A stretch of 64,000 bases of DNA, from the NCBI RefSeq assembly GCF_006345805.1, contig NC_043000.1:7502001-7566000 (forward strand). Reading direction: 5' to 3'. This document shows positions 35,225 to 46,854 of the stretch, in pieces; the first letter of the stretch is position 1; every line of letters starts with the position of its first letter. The DNA is from Octopus sinensis (Eukaryota). Both the position numbers and the translations under genes were made by a program. The notes below the pieces were generated by a model. The model did no database searches, had not been told where the DNA came from, and worked only from the letters and a program-made list of their open reading frames with translations.

Positions 35225-37215
35225 TATATACTTTGATACTTTGATACTTTGATAGGTTTCGGCCATTATTGGCCCAGGCCATGTCTAACTTAATAGCACC
35301 ACCTGGTGAAGTCTTTCAAGTCAGAATTTGGGCACTATGGCCCACTCAAGTAGAGAGTTATTGTTTACAGAGACATATCCGGGTGTAGGGGGTTTATCCG
35401 GGATTTCTTGAAGGAATCTGTCCAAAGACTTCTTGAACCCTATAGGGTGAGTTTCTGTTTTAATGTGTTTTGGTGTAATGTTAAAGAGAGCGGGGCCAAT
35501 TGAGGTGAAATAATTGTGCCGTATTGTTGTTATGAGATGAGAGTGCGATTTTTGTTTTGGGCGGATGGCACGGGGCCCAAGCCTTGGATGTACCTTGAAG
35601 GTGATGCCAACATCATTTGGGCAATGCTGATGGAATATTTTCCACATCATGCAGATGATGTAGCGCTCACGACGACGTTGGAGAGAATAGAGTTTTAGCT
35701 TTTCTAGTCGACCCCAATAGTCGAGGCCTGTCATGCCATCTATCTTTTTTGTGATTGCCCTTTGAGGTGCTTCAACTTTTATGATACCTTGTATTGTGTG
35801 GGGAGACCACAGTGGACAACAGTATTCAAGGTGGGGTCGGGCAAAAGTGGAGAAGAGAAGGATAATGGTGTGGATATCTCTCGACTGGAAAGTTCTGAGA
35901 ATCCAGGAACACATTCTGCGGGCCATGTCAACTTTGGTGTTTATATGAGTGGCCCAGCTTATGTTGTTGTCCACAATTACTCCCAAGTCTCTGATGTTGT
36001 TGGACGCCGCGAGAGTTTCACCTGAAGGAAGGGAGTATGGGAGTTTCAGGGCATCCTCTTTTCCAAAGTGGATTAGCTCAAATTTATCCTCGTTCAGCAG
36101 CATATTGTTTTTTTCTGCCCATTGGATAACAGCCAGTAGATCTGACTGAAGGCATGTCCGGTCACTCGCCTCATTTATGACCTTCTGTAGCTTGGAGTCA
36201 TCTGCAAAGATTTTTATGTTGCTGTGCTTGATGATGTCATTAATGTCATTAATGTAAATGATGAAAAGAAGTGGGCCCAGCACAGTGCCTTGCGGAACGC
36301 CACTACTGACTTTGGCTGGGCTTGATTTTACCCCTTCAACTACAACATGTTGAGATCTGTCTGTCAGGAAACACTTGATCCATTTCAGTAACTTTCCAGA
36401 GACCACCAATGTTGGATAGTTTTTTCAATAGGATCTTGTGATCGACCCTGTCGAAGGCCTTACTGAAATCAAGGTAGATGACATCGATGTTGGAGCCCTC
36501 TCCCAAAGCTCTCAAAATGTCCTCAAAGTGATGCAGGAGCTGCGTTAGGCAGTCCCTTCCATTACGGAACCCATGTTGGTTGGAGATCAGCTGTCTGTTG
36601 CTTTCCAGAAATTGGGTTATTCGAGATCTCACCACCCTCTCAAATACCTTGATATATGAGAGGTGAGTGAGATCGGACGGTAATTCACTGCAAGGGACTT
36701 GTTTCCCTTTTTGAAAACTGGGACAACAGACTGGGACAGAAGGTTTTTTTGGAATATAGCCAGCATCCAGTGAGTTTCTCCACAGATTAGCAAGGGGAGA
36801 TGCAAGTTGGTGTCGACACACCTTCAGGACACAAGCAGGGAACCTATCGGGGCCTACTGCTGAATTGTGTTTTATTTCGTTTATCGCCGCTAAGACATCA
36901 GGGGCACTAAACGTTATGTCCAATATAGTGTGTTTGGGGGTTGACATCACTGATACAGCCCAGATCGGCCATATCAGGATTGCTGAAAACAGAGCAGTAT
37001 TGTTTCTGCAGTATCTCGGCCATGGATTTGGCATTATCTTGGAGAGTGCCAGTTTCGTCAATTAGAGGGCCTACAGTGGAGACAGTGACCCTGCATTTCC
37101 TCGCAAAGGAAAAGAACACTTTGGGGTTGAGTTTGATTTTTTCAATGGCCCACTTCTCCTCAGCTGATCTTTGGTTATTGATGAGGGTCTTCATGCATTG
37201 TTGGAGGTTATATTT
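35225..37215 (-). mobile_element. 5'-truncated CR1/L2-group LINE with a full RT domain (frameshifted) and an (ATCAAAGT)x3 tail
   Basis: GPDRFPA..LK, NYRPISLT, QHGFR, YLDFSKAFDRVDH, GVPQGTVLGPLLFIIYIND, FADDSKL, RPHLEYC..W.P, RRRERY. Three overlapping ORFs (36907-37194, 36336-37061, 35321-36409). Confidence 0.95.
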
Positions 37216-37334
37216 TTAGATTCAAGCAGTGCGATAGCCGTCGAATGTGTGTGTTGCTGTTGGCAGTACTTTAGTTTGTTAATTTTTTTGTTTGTTCTTT
37301 TTATTTTTCTGATAATGGTTTTTCTGTTTTGGGG

Positions 37335-37386
37335 GATATATATATATATGTATATATTTATGTGTGTATATATTTATGTGTGTATA

Positions 37387-37434
<48 letters not shown>

Positions 37435-37537
37435 ATATATATATATATATGTGTGTATATATATATATATATTTATATGTGTATGTATATATATATATGT
37501 GTGTATATATATATATATATATGTGAGTGTATATATA

Positions 37538-37578
<41 letters not shown>

Positions 37579-37616
37579 ATGTATATATATATAGTGTGTA
37601 TATATATATATGTGTG

Positions 37617-37665
<49 letters not shown>
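37335..37665. repeat. (TA)/(TG) microsatellite
   Basis: Direct inspection. Confidence 0.95.
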
Positions 37666-37666
<1 letters not shown>

Positions 37667-38047
37667 GTATTCTTTTACTCTTTTACTTGTTTCAGTCATT
37701 TGACTGCGGCCATGCTGGAGCACCGCCTTTAGTCGAGCAAATCGACTCCAGGACTTATTCTTTGTAAGCCTAGTACTTATTCTATCAGTCTCTTTTGCTG
37801 AACCGCTAAGTTACGGGGATGTAAACACATCAGCATCAGTTGTCAAGTGATGCTGGGGGACAAACACAGGCACACAAACGCACACACACACGGGCTTCTT
37901 TCAGTTTCTGTCTACCAAATCCACTCACAAGACTTTGGTCAGCCTGAGGCTGTAGTAGAAGACACTTGCCCAAGGTGCCATGCAGTGGGACTGAACCCGG
38001 AACCATGTGGTTAGTAATTAAGCTACTTACCACACAGCCACTCCTAA
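37665..38047 (-). mobile_element. Full-length family B SINE
   Basis: Reverse complement is collinear with 22563-22955. Confidence 0.9.
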
Positions 38048-38055
38048 GCCTAGTG

Positions 38056-38080
<25 letters not shown>

Positions 38081-38089
<9 letters not shown>

Positions 38090-38470
38090 GGCATTATACA
38101 TACATGCCAGAGAGCATTATACATACATGCCACACGCTAAGAGGGACAATCATTTCTACCAAAAAAAATTACTAATCCCACCGAATGCAATTTTTCAAAA
38201 TAAGACATTTAAAAAATGTTAGCTGATCAGTTAGCTGATCGGCTTAAGCGGGGCAGAGTCGTTTATTTATGATACATTCAGGCCTGCTGATGAATACGTA
38301 AGTATGAAATCACTGTGATACAGGTCTATATTTTTTAAATGTCTTATTTTGAAAAATTGCATTCGGTGGGATTAGTAATATTTTTTGGTAGAAATGACTA
38401 ATTGTCCCTCTTAGCGTGTGGCATGTATGTATAATGCTCTCTGGCATGTATGTATAATGCCCTCTATATA
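38081..38470 (+). mobile_element. PLE-type foldback insertion: ~138-bp near-perfect inverted arms around a hammerhead-containing spacer
   Basis: 38081-38217 pairs with 38330-38470, differing by a few substitutions and a small indel. Both arms include a 22-bp tandem duplication. Confidence 0.8.
38281..38326 (+). ncRNA. Minimal type I hammerhead ribozyme, all core nucleotides and stems intact
   Basis: GGCCTG CTGATGA ATAC gtaa GTAT GAAA TCA ctg TGA TA CAGGTC. Stem I 6 bp (one G-U), stem II 4 bp, stem III 3 bp plus the core A-U pair; predicted cleavage after A38320. Confidence 0.85.
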
Positions 38471-39540
38471 TAAATTAATATGTTCAATAAGAAATAATTA
38501 TTTTCGAAATTTATTCTCTTATGAGGTTTTCACGCTATCTACCTGACAATTTCTTGTTAAGTTTTCCTTATTAAGTAGTTGTCCTTAATTGCTATATATA
38601 TATATATATATATATATCGTTCATATTTCTATGTGAAGTTATAGAATAATTGAATGTGAAATTGAAGGATCACTCAACATGTTTTACTAGAGTACATGTT
38701 GATGAATTTTTCTAATAAAATGGATGTTGGTAGTGACTTTGAAATTTTCTGTTTACGACTCGTTACCAGATTGATGATGATTTGTGGACTGAAACTTCAG
38801 TCATTTGCTCTTTCTCTTTCCCTCTCTGTTTGACTGTCTGCCTGCCAATTTGTCTATTTATCTGTCAATCTCTAAAAGCACCGACTATACTCTCGGAGTG
38901 GTTGGCGTTAGGAAGCGCGTCCAGCTGTAGAAACTCTGCCAGATCGGATTGGAGCCTGGTACAGCCATCTGGTTCAGCAGTCCTCAGTCAAAGTGGACGT
39001 TAAATGATGATGAATGAATGAATATATATATATATGTGTGTGTGTGTATTTATTTACTTATTTAAGTTACTGGACTGTGGCTGTAGTGAGACACTACCAT
39101 AAAGGGTTCAGCTAGTGAAGTTGACCCAATACATATTTTACGTTGGGAACTTATTCTGCTAGGTTATGGGAATGTAAACAAACCAACACCAGTTCTCAAG
39201 TGGTAGGAAGCACACACGCACACACATTACACAGACACATACATACCTGCGTACATACCTATATAGTGGCTGCTTTCTTGTATATGAACAAAGCCATTGC
39301 TAGAAAGAATCATTGAAATGAGTCATTGATAATGCAATGTGAGGCCCTCATATGACTCTTGAGCCCTGCCAAAGATTTGCTCATTTTATTACATAATGCA
39401 CTGTTGTGCTGGCTGGCAGAAGGAACCGGTGCCATAACATGAAGTTTTTTGACATGTCATTCTAATTCTCCAACTGAATGGCACATTTTGTCACATACAT
39501 ACATACATACACACATACATACACATACACATACCCCCCC

Positions 39541-40012
39541 CCCACTGAACTATTGAGAAATCTGCAGTTACTCTATCTAGATTACAAGTTCAGGTTTATA
39601 CCTGTAATTATTGGGGCCCTGGGATATGTAGCACACTGCCTAAATACCAATCTTGAGAAATTAGGCTTCTCAAAACTAGAAAGGAGAAAGCTAATTCAAA
39701 GACTACAGATCCAATCCATCACTGGAACTGTAAAAACCTGTAAAACTTTCCAGAAGTTTATCATTTAAATATATATGAGCATGTCTGGATATGCAACTAT
39801 ATGCATGAGAATACATAGATAAAACATACAAATCTGCATGCAGATGCATGCATTCATGCATGTATGAATAATACAAACATACAAATAAATAAACAAACAA
39901 ACAAAAATGCCGTTGTTGATGTTGGAATTCCAATGAAGAAACCTTTGATCTCGGTTAGAAACCGGTTCTTTCTCTGTGAGCAAGAAATCTTGAAATAAAC
40001 TGAATAATAACA
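39541..40012 (+). mobile_element. 3' end of an RLE-type non-LTR retrotransposon (open C-terminus and 3' UTR)
   Basis: ELLRNLQLLYLDYKFRFIPVIIGALGYV..TVKTCKTFQKFII* resembles the P-V-I-I-G-A-L-G end of restriction-like endonuclease domains. A homologous copy is at 11705-12535. Confidence 0.65.
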
Positions 40013-40715
40013 TACATACATATAGGCAGACAGACAGACACACATATATGTGCATATGGATTCAGAATGGGTAACAGGCTCCTACACAGTTGTCATCTAC
40101 CAGATTCCCTCACAAGGTACTGGTTGGCTCAGGGCTAAAGTAGAAGGCACTTGCCCAAGGTGCTGTGCAACTGGATTGAACCTAAAACTATGTAGTTCCC
40201 AAGCAAACTTCTTGAACACTCAGCCATGCCTGCATACATATGTCTGTCTGTCTGTCACTCTCTCCCCCTCCCCCCTCTCTCTATATAAAGTATATTGAAT
40301 GTTGTGTGATATTGACCACAGTTTTGAAATAATCTCATTCGGTTCATTTGTTCATATTTCCGCATGGGTTATGAGTTCAAATTAATTCTATATCAGTTGC
40401 ACTTCCTCCATTTCTCTGTAGAGCACGAAGTTTGTCATGCCCCACTTTACCTCACAGTTGGAGAACTGTCACAAAATCAACTTTATCTTCTGCAGCAGAC
40501 TGCTATGCAATCCATACTGAGATTTCTCTCCCATCCATTTATTTTGACAAAATCTATAGTTAAGTGCTTGCATTATCATCTGTTGTGATTTGTGAAGTCA
40601 TCAGCCATCATTTTCTATCAATCACAAATAACTTTAGCTATCACATCCAATTTCAGCATTAACATCACTATGTCTTGTTTGATCTTCTTGACAAGTTCTA
40701 GGTAGCACTGCTTAA

Positions 40716-41304
40716 CCCTTTCATTACCATATTCCATTGAAATACGCTGTCTTTGTTTCAATTGATTTTGAAAATAATGAAGAATTTTTGTGAAATACTT
40801 TGGAATTTTGGAACATAAATTAGCATGAAATTTTGATAGAAGGTTTTAATTTACTTCACTTTAACCATTTAGCAGTGCCGGTGCCATGTAAAAAGCACCA
40901 ATACGGGTGCTGCATTTAAGCACCCAGTACACTCTGTAAAGGGGTTGGTGTTAGAAACAGCCGTTCAGCTTCTCTCAAACTATCCAATCTATACCAGCAT
41001 GGAAAATGGACTTTAAATGATGACGATGATGATGATTATTCTATCAAATGTATTGCTTATTTATTCACATTCTTTTGAATTAGTCATATATTATCTCACA
41101 GCTTTTGAGATTTCAATGATGTGATTGTTTACTTTTAGAATGATATTGCAGGGTTGATATGAGAGCCCAGTTTTGACCAATTTGAGCATAATGTAGGTAG
41201 AATATTTTGGCTGAATATGGCCAGTTTAAAAGCTAAAGGGTTACAAAACAGGAAGTTTGTATCATACAACAGGGTCAGTCTCGGGTGAGTTGGTATGAAA
41301 AGGG
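40716..41304. mobile_element. TTAA-flanked (piggyBac-like) MITE containing a second TTAA-type MITE and an RTE tail
   Basis: ttaa|ccctttcattacc ... ggtatgaaaaggg|ttaa. The inner element is at about 40861-41243 and the RTE tail at about 40875-41040. Confidence 0.7.
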
Positions 41305-41739
41305 TTAAGCTTTTGATACCAGTCTTCATGAGACTACCCCTGGTTCTATGTTACCAACCTGTTTATATTAAGGTGTTAACATTTAAATCTAAGCCCCCTT
41401 ATCATAATTTTATGTAAGAACCTTTTGATATGTCTTAGGTATCAGATTAATAATGGAGAAGTTAGTTATTTTACTAAGCTGTTCAAAATACTAAATAAGG
41501 CCACAAACATTCCTTGACAATTCTATATAGACTCCACTTAGTTCTTAAATGAAGGTTTATTGATTTTCTTTAAATGTTATACGTAATCTAGGCTAATGAA
41601 GTGTACAGGGACTTTAACCCTTTGATATTTGGATTATTCTGTCAAATGTAATACTTGTTAATTTATACTGTGCTATATTTTAGAGATAAGGAATTCTGTA
41701 CATTATTTACATTATTTACATTGGATGGATACCCATAAA

Positions 41740-42228
41740 CTGACCACAGTCTGTCTACCTGATGTGAAAGGCCTCTCGGAGGAGATACAAAAGATATACA
41801 GTTCATATGACATCAGGACAGTATTCAAGAGTAATGCAACACTTTGCAAATATCTCCTTTGAGTAAAACCACCAATAGAAGAGACTATGACCAAGGACTG
41901 CATGTCTTCCATCCCATGCAGTTGTGGTAGGTTATACAAAGGTGAAACATGCCACCCCCTCAAAGTAAGGGTAGAGGAACACCGTAAAGCTATGACATGA
42001 GGAGATATTGATAAATTGGGTATAATTGATCATGTATGGAAAAACGGAGACTACCTTCCCCTGTGGGATGAAGTTAAAATAATAATCCAAGAATACCACT
42101 GCAAAATATGAAAACGAAAAATGGCAGCACATATGCTAGGACACAATAACCTAAGCAGACCTAGTGCAGTTATGAGTAGAATGTGGGAACCAGTATTAAT
42201 GAAGGATACAAAAATATTTGGTTTATAA
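41740..42228 (+). pseudogene. Penelope GIY-YIG endonuclease pseudo-ORF (one frame, three TGA stops)
   Basis: LPDVKGLSEEIQKI...IRTVFKSNATL..YL*VKP....KDCMSSIPCSCGRLYKGETCHPLKVRVEEHRK....KLGIIDHVW...PLWDEVKII...SRMWEPVL. This matches the PLE motif (V)YxIPCxCGxxYIGETxRxLxxRxxEH. Confidence 0.9.
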
Positions 42229-42257
42229 GCCCTAAAATTTACTCTATAATTGCCCAA

Positions 42258-42317
42258 GAGCTTATAGCATAATGGTTAAGAGTGCAGGCCACTAACCCCA
42301 AGATTCCGAGTTCAATT
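42258..42317 (+). promoter_or_regulatory. tRNA-like head with Pol III A and B boxes
   Basis: TAGCATAATGG (A box, 42265-42275) and GAGTTCAATT (B-box-like, 42308-42317) at tRNA spacing. No acceptor-stem 3' half. Confidence 0.7.
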
Positions 42318-42388
42318 ATTATTATTATAACATCAGCAAAAATACCTTAGGAATGGGAACCCAGGGCTGGGTTCAAAATTCCACCAGG

Positions 42389-42432
42389 ACACCTGATGAA
42401 GGCTGGAGAGTAAATCAGCCGAAATGTTGTGG
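42389..42432 (+). ncRNA. Minimal hammerhead motif in the Penelope 3' module
   Basis: acac CTGATGA a GGCTG gagagtaaat CAGCC GAAA tg T T gtgg. Core and stem II are intact. Stem III is reduced, probably an ACGT palindrome that lost its CpG. Confidence 0.7.
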
Positions 42433-43734
42433 TAATAACAAACAAGACTGGGACACATATCCATCTAATGTAAATAATGTAAATAACAATTCATATTATT
42501 TTGAATTAATCAAGCATTATCTTGTTGCTTTGAGATTTTGATGATGTGATCATTTATTTTCAGAGCGACATTGTAGGGTAGATGGGAGAAGCCAGATCTA
42601 GCCAGTTTGAACATAAAACATGTAAAATAATTTGGCCCAGATATGGCTGGTTTAAACACTAAAGGGTTAATGACATGAGCAATCTTATCCAAGTAACTCT
42701 AAAACCTGAAAAACCCATCTAATATAAAGAATGTTTTATCAGTATTCAGTACTAGTTTGACAACTAATATTTTCAGCAATGTCTTCTGAGAATAATTGAG
42801 AAAATGACACTTTTGTGACCTGCATTGTTGGGAAAGAACAACATTATGTTCATTTGTAGAATGCTCTGAATAAGTAAACATTCAACAGAAACAAGCCCAT
42901 TGATAAACTAAAATTATTAAATGTGGCCTATAATTATAGAATAACAAAACAGAGCAGTTTTCCTATTCAGGTGAGACAAAAAAGAATATCTATTCTGGGT
43001 CATTATTATGGTTATTATTGAAGCCTGGCATAATTGATTGTGCACATAATCACCTGTAGGTGGATGTTGGTTTTTGATGATATATTTAACAAGCTTGTTA
43101 CACACCACCCATCACTCAAAGTATGAATCAGAACCTGTACTTGGTTCTAATGGTAGGACTGGCTAAATTAATTGAGACGCTGATATGGAGAGAAAAAAAA
43201 AATTAACCCTTTTGTTCTCATATTTGTTGTGAAATGCATTGTGTTTCAATTCATCATCATTGAATGTTTGTTTTCCATACTGGCATGAATTGGATGGTCT
43301 GATAGAAGCAGGCATGCCAGAGGATTGTGCCAAGTTCTAGTGTCTGCTTTGGTATGGTTTCTTTGGTGGGGTGCTATTCCTGACACCTATCACTTTTGAA
43401 AATAAAGAAGAATTTCAAAGAACTTAGTAAAACAACTTTTTCATTATTAAACAAATGCTTGGAATAGAACTGGGTAAAAATGGTTTAAATATGAACACTT
43501 TAAACCATGAAGTTTTGTATCACAGAACCAGAGGTGGTCTTGGGTAGGTTGTATTGAAAAGGTAAATGTAAATTGTGTATTTTGGTTATAAACATCAAAT
43601 GGCACTACTAACCAAAGACTGACACTATTAACTTGGCCATGTGTAAGATGACACTTTTGGTACACGAAAACCCCACAAAATATTTCAGCTCCAAAATGGT
43701 GTGCAAATTCACATGACATTAGAATATAGATCAT

Positions 43735-43962
43735 AACTGATCGTGGCCATTGCCAGCCTCTCCTGGCACCTGTGCCAGTGGCACGTAAAAAGCACCCACT
43801 ACACTCTTGGAGTGGTTGGCGTTAGGAAGGGCATCCAGCTGTAGAAACACCGCCAGGTCAGACTGGAGCCTGGTGAACCTCCTGGCTTCCCAGGCCCTGG
43901 TCGAACCATCCAACCCATGCTAGCATGGAGAACGGATGTTAAACGATGATGATGATGATGAT
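43735..43962 (+). mobile_element. RTE 3'-tail element
   Basis: One unit, the conserved tail and (gat)n. Confidence 0.9.
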
Positions 43963-44272
43963 GCTTCTGGAACATTGCAATCATCAAACATCATCACAAT
44001 ATTTGGCCAAGGAGGGGAATATCTTGTGCATCCAAGCTGCTAAAATAACAACCAAGTCTTTTAGAATTACATCTTCCTGTCTTGAAAAGAGCAAGCTCAC
44101 ATGAGATAATACAGTCCTAGATATATGATGCTTGAAAGAAGGCTGGGATGGTCATGGATGGAATGTCTTTCATCATAAGTATGCTCAGTCTGGGTCGACT
44201 CAAGGCTAAGCAACAACAGTGATGAGCCAACATGAAAGCTTTTATGTGGCTGCTCTCCCTGCTAGAAACATT

Positions 44273-44492
44273 TGCTGAATCTTCATTAAGCTAGACCTTA
44301 CTGTCTTGTAAAACAGAAAGGACACATTGAATAGTGTAGTCTTAGACATCTCTGAAAAAGACAGGATGGTCATGGCTGGAGTTGCTGAATCTTCATTAAG
44401 CTAGACCTTACTGTCTAGTAAAACAGAAAGGATACATTGAATAGTGTAGTCTTAGACATCTCTGAAAAAGACAGGATGGTCATAGCTGGAGT
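44273..44492. repeat. 110-bp direct tandem duplication
   Basis: 44273-44382 is nearly identical to 44383-44492. Confidence 0.9.
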
Positions 44493-44679
44493 GCTTTCAA
44501 TCATAGTACTGCTTATTCAGAGTTGATCTGGGCTGTATAGCAACAACAATGTTGACTGTCTCAAAGAACAGCCATGAAATTGTTGAGCAAAAAGGCTTTC
44601 ATCAATGCTACGATTGTTTGCCCATCATTAAGATGTCTTCTCTCCAACTCTTTTGTTAACAGTAGCAGTGGTAATAAGT

Positions 44680-45025
44680 TTGCTTCCAAGTGATATGATT
44701 CCAGGTTCAGTCCCACTGTGTGGCACTTTGGGCGGGTGTCTTCTACTATAGTCCTGGGTTGACTAAAGACTTATGAGTGAATTCGGTAGATAGAAACTGA
44801 AAGAAGCTTGTAGTGTGTGTGTGCATGTGCGTGTGTCTTTGTGTCTGTGTTTGTTCCCTCCAACTGGTATTGGTTTGTTTACATCCACATAACTTAGCAA
44901 TAAAATAAGTACCAGATTTAAAAAAAAGGTAAGTCCTGGAGTCAATTTGTTTGACTAAAATTCTTCAAGGTAGTGCTCCAGCATGGCCTGAGTCTAATGA
45001 CTAAAGCAAGCAAAAGATAAAATAA
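44680..45025 (+). mobile_element. Diverged full family B SINE
   Basis: Head, CORE-like segment and 3' half motifs in order. Confidence 0.8.
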
Positions 45026-45141
45026 ATTTTCCTATACATCACTGAATCTGATAATCACCTAAATCCAAGCATATTCAATACACTCTTATTGTTTCTTTAC
45101 ATGTCTCTTCCATGGTGTCTCCTCTGCCAGTCTTGTATTGA

Positions 45142-45373
45142 CCCCTTTTGTTAACACGTATGTTTCTATTGAAATGCATTATCTTTGTTTTAATTAATTT
45201 TAGAAAATAATGAAGAATTTACTAAAACAACTTTGTCATTAAACTGATATTTGGAAATATAAATTGATAGAAAACTTTTGATGGAAGGTTTTAATTTCGA
45301 CCACTTTCTAGCAAGAACTTTGTATCGTAGAACTAGAGGTAGTTGCAGGCCAGGCAGGTTGGTATCAAAAGGG
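45142..45373. mobile_element. TTAA-type MITE
   Basis: ttga|cccctttt ... aaaaggg|ttaa. The body is homologous to 40716-40860, 43205-43565 and 54225-54410. Confidence 0.7.
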
Positions 45374-46059
45374 TTAAATCTTTTATAACCCCGTAACACT
45401 TCTTCCCCAGTACTGCTTCTCTCATTAACCCTCACCTCATCTTTTCTCCCTGCCAACTAGCCTTCGGCTGTTCAATATAGACATCAATATAAACATTAAT
45501 CATACTAACCTTGATCAGATAATCATGTTCCTTCCGTAAAGAAGCATCAGAAAATAATCTATGCTCACTGAACCACTTCTGTGGATTTCATAATTAAAAG
45601 AATAAATAGGTTAAAGAAAGGTTTTCTAATACAAGGATGACATTTCAAGATGCTGTACTATGCATGTATACCATATTCAATTAATTTTAATTAAAATTTC
45701 TTGGTTTTTGACTAGAATTTATAATTCGAATAACGATTGTTTTTCACATTGGGGAGGTAATATTCATTTAAATTTCTTAAGCTTAATGCATGAAGTATGT
45801 TATCACCCATGTTACATACATGCATACATATGTTTACATACACACATACATACATACATACATACATACATAGATACATACATACATACATACATACATA
45901 CATACATACATACGTACATACATACAGGTGTGTGTGGGTATGTGTGTCCTCGTGTGTGAATGTATATATGTAAGTCTGTATATATAGATATAGATATTTC
46001 TGTGTATATAGGTATATGTGTGTCTATGTCTGTGTATATATATATATACATGGTGTGTG

Positions 46060-46570
46060 TATCATCATCATCATCATCATCATTTAGCGTCCGTTTTCCA
46101 TGCTAGCATGGGTTGGACGGTTCAACTGGGGTCTGGGGAGCCCGAAGGCTGCACCAGGCCAGTCAGATCTGGCAGTGTTTCTACAGCTGGATGCCCTTCC
46201 TAACGCCAACCACTCCGAGAGTGTAGTGGGTGATTTTATGTGCCACCGACACAGGTGCCAGACGAGGCTGGCGAACGGCCACGCTCGGATGGTGTTTTTA
46301 TGTGCCACCGACACAGGTGCCAGACGAGGCTGGCAGACGGCCACGCTCGGATGGTGTTTTTATGTGCCACCGACACAGGTGCCAGATGAGGCTGGCAGGT
46401 GCCAGACGAGGCTGGCAGACGGCCACGCTCGGATGGTGTTTTTATGTGCCACCGACACAGGTGCCAGATGAGGCTGGCGGACGGCCACGATCGGATGGTG
46501 TTTGTTACGTCCCCAAAGCACGGAGGCCAGTCTACGCGGTACTGGCTACGGCCACGTTCGGATGATTTTC
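46060..46570 (-). mobile_element. RTE 3'-tail element with about five ~60-bp tandem units
   Basis: Repeated gtgccaccgacacaggtgccagacgaggctggc, with the conserved tail and (cat)n at 46062-46085. Confidence 0.9.
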
Positions 46571-46680
46571 TTGTGTGTATGTGTGTGTGTATATATATAT
46601 ATATGTACACGAACATCTATATATATGCACACACACACACGCGTTTGTGTGCATAAGTATATATATATATATATAAATAT

Positions 46681-46854
46681 AAAATTATAATTTAGGATAT
46701 CTAAGACATACCGCCACACTGGAAGCAATACTCAAAACCTGACTCTAAAACCACATTAAACGTTCATACAGCACTAGGAGAGAAGACAAAAAGACAAAAT
46801 AAATTAGTAAAAAATTACTGGCGGTATCTCTTACATATCCTAAATTATAATTTT
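46681..46854. repeat. Foldback with 36-bp arms and a ~100-bp spacer
   Basis: aaaattataatttaggatatctaagacataccgcca pairs with tggcggtatctcttacatatcctaaattataatttt. Confidence 0.85.

Larger units (their letters stand above)
41675..42488 (+). mobile_element. Penelope-like retroelement remnant: inverted 5' piece, GIY-YIG endonuclease, tRNA-like head, hammerhead
   Basis: 41703-41731 is the inverted copy of 42458-42486, and the GIY-YIG pseudo-ORF and hammerhead core lie between them. Confidence 0.9.
41626..42670. mobile_element. TTAA-type MITE split by the Penelope insertion
   Basis: Left half ttaaccctttgatatttggattattctgtcaaatgtaat (to about 41672) and right half from 42489 ending ctaaagggttaa. 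The intact junction sequence is seen at 41040-41110. Confidence 0.7.

Noticed and set aside
39915-39985. Hammerhead reading of the RLE 3' UTR (ATGAAGA...GAAACC)
   Set aside because: C3 is absent in both copies, and the region is better explained as a simple stem-loop.
42258-42317. Functional tRNA gene (likewise all SINE heads)
   Set aside because: It lacks the T-arm completion and acceptor-stem 3' half, so it is treated as a tRNA-derived promoter only.
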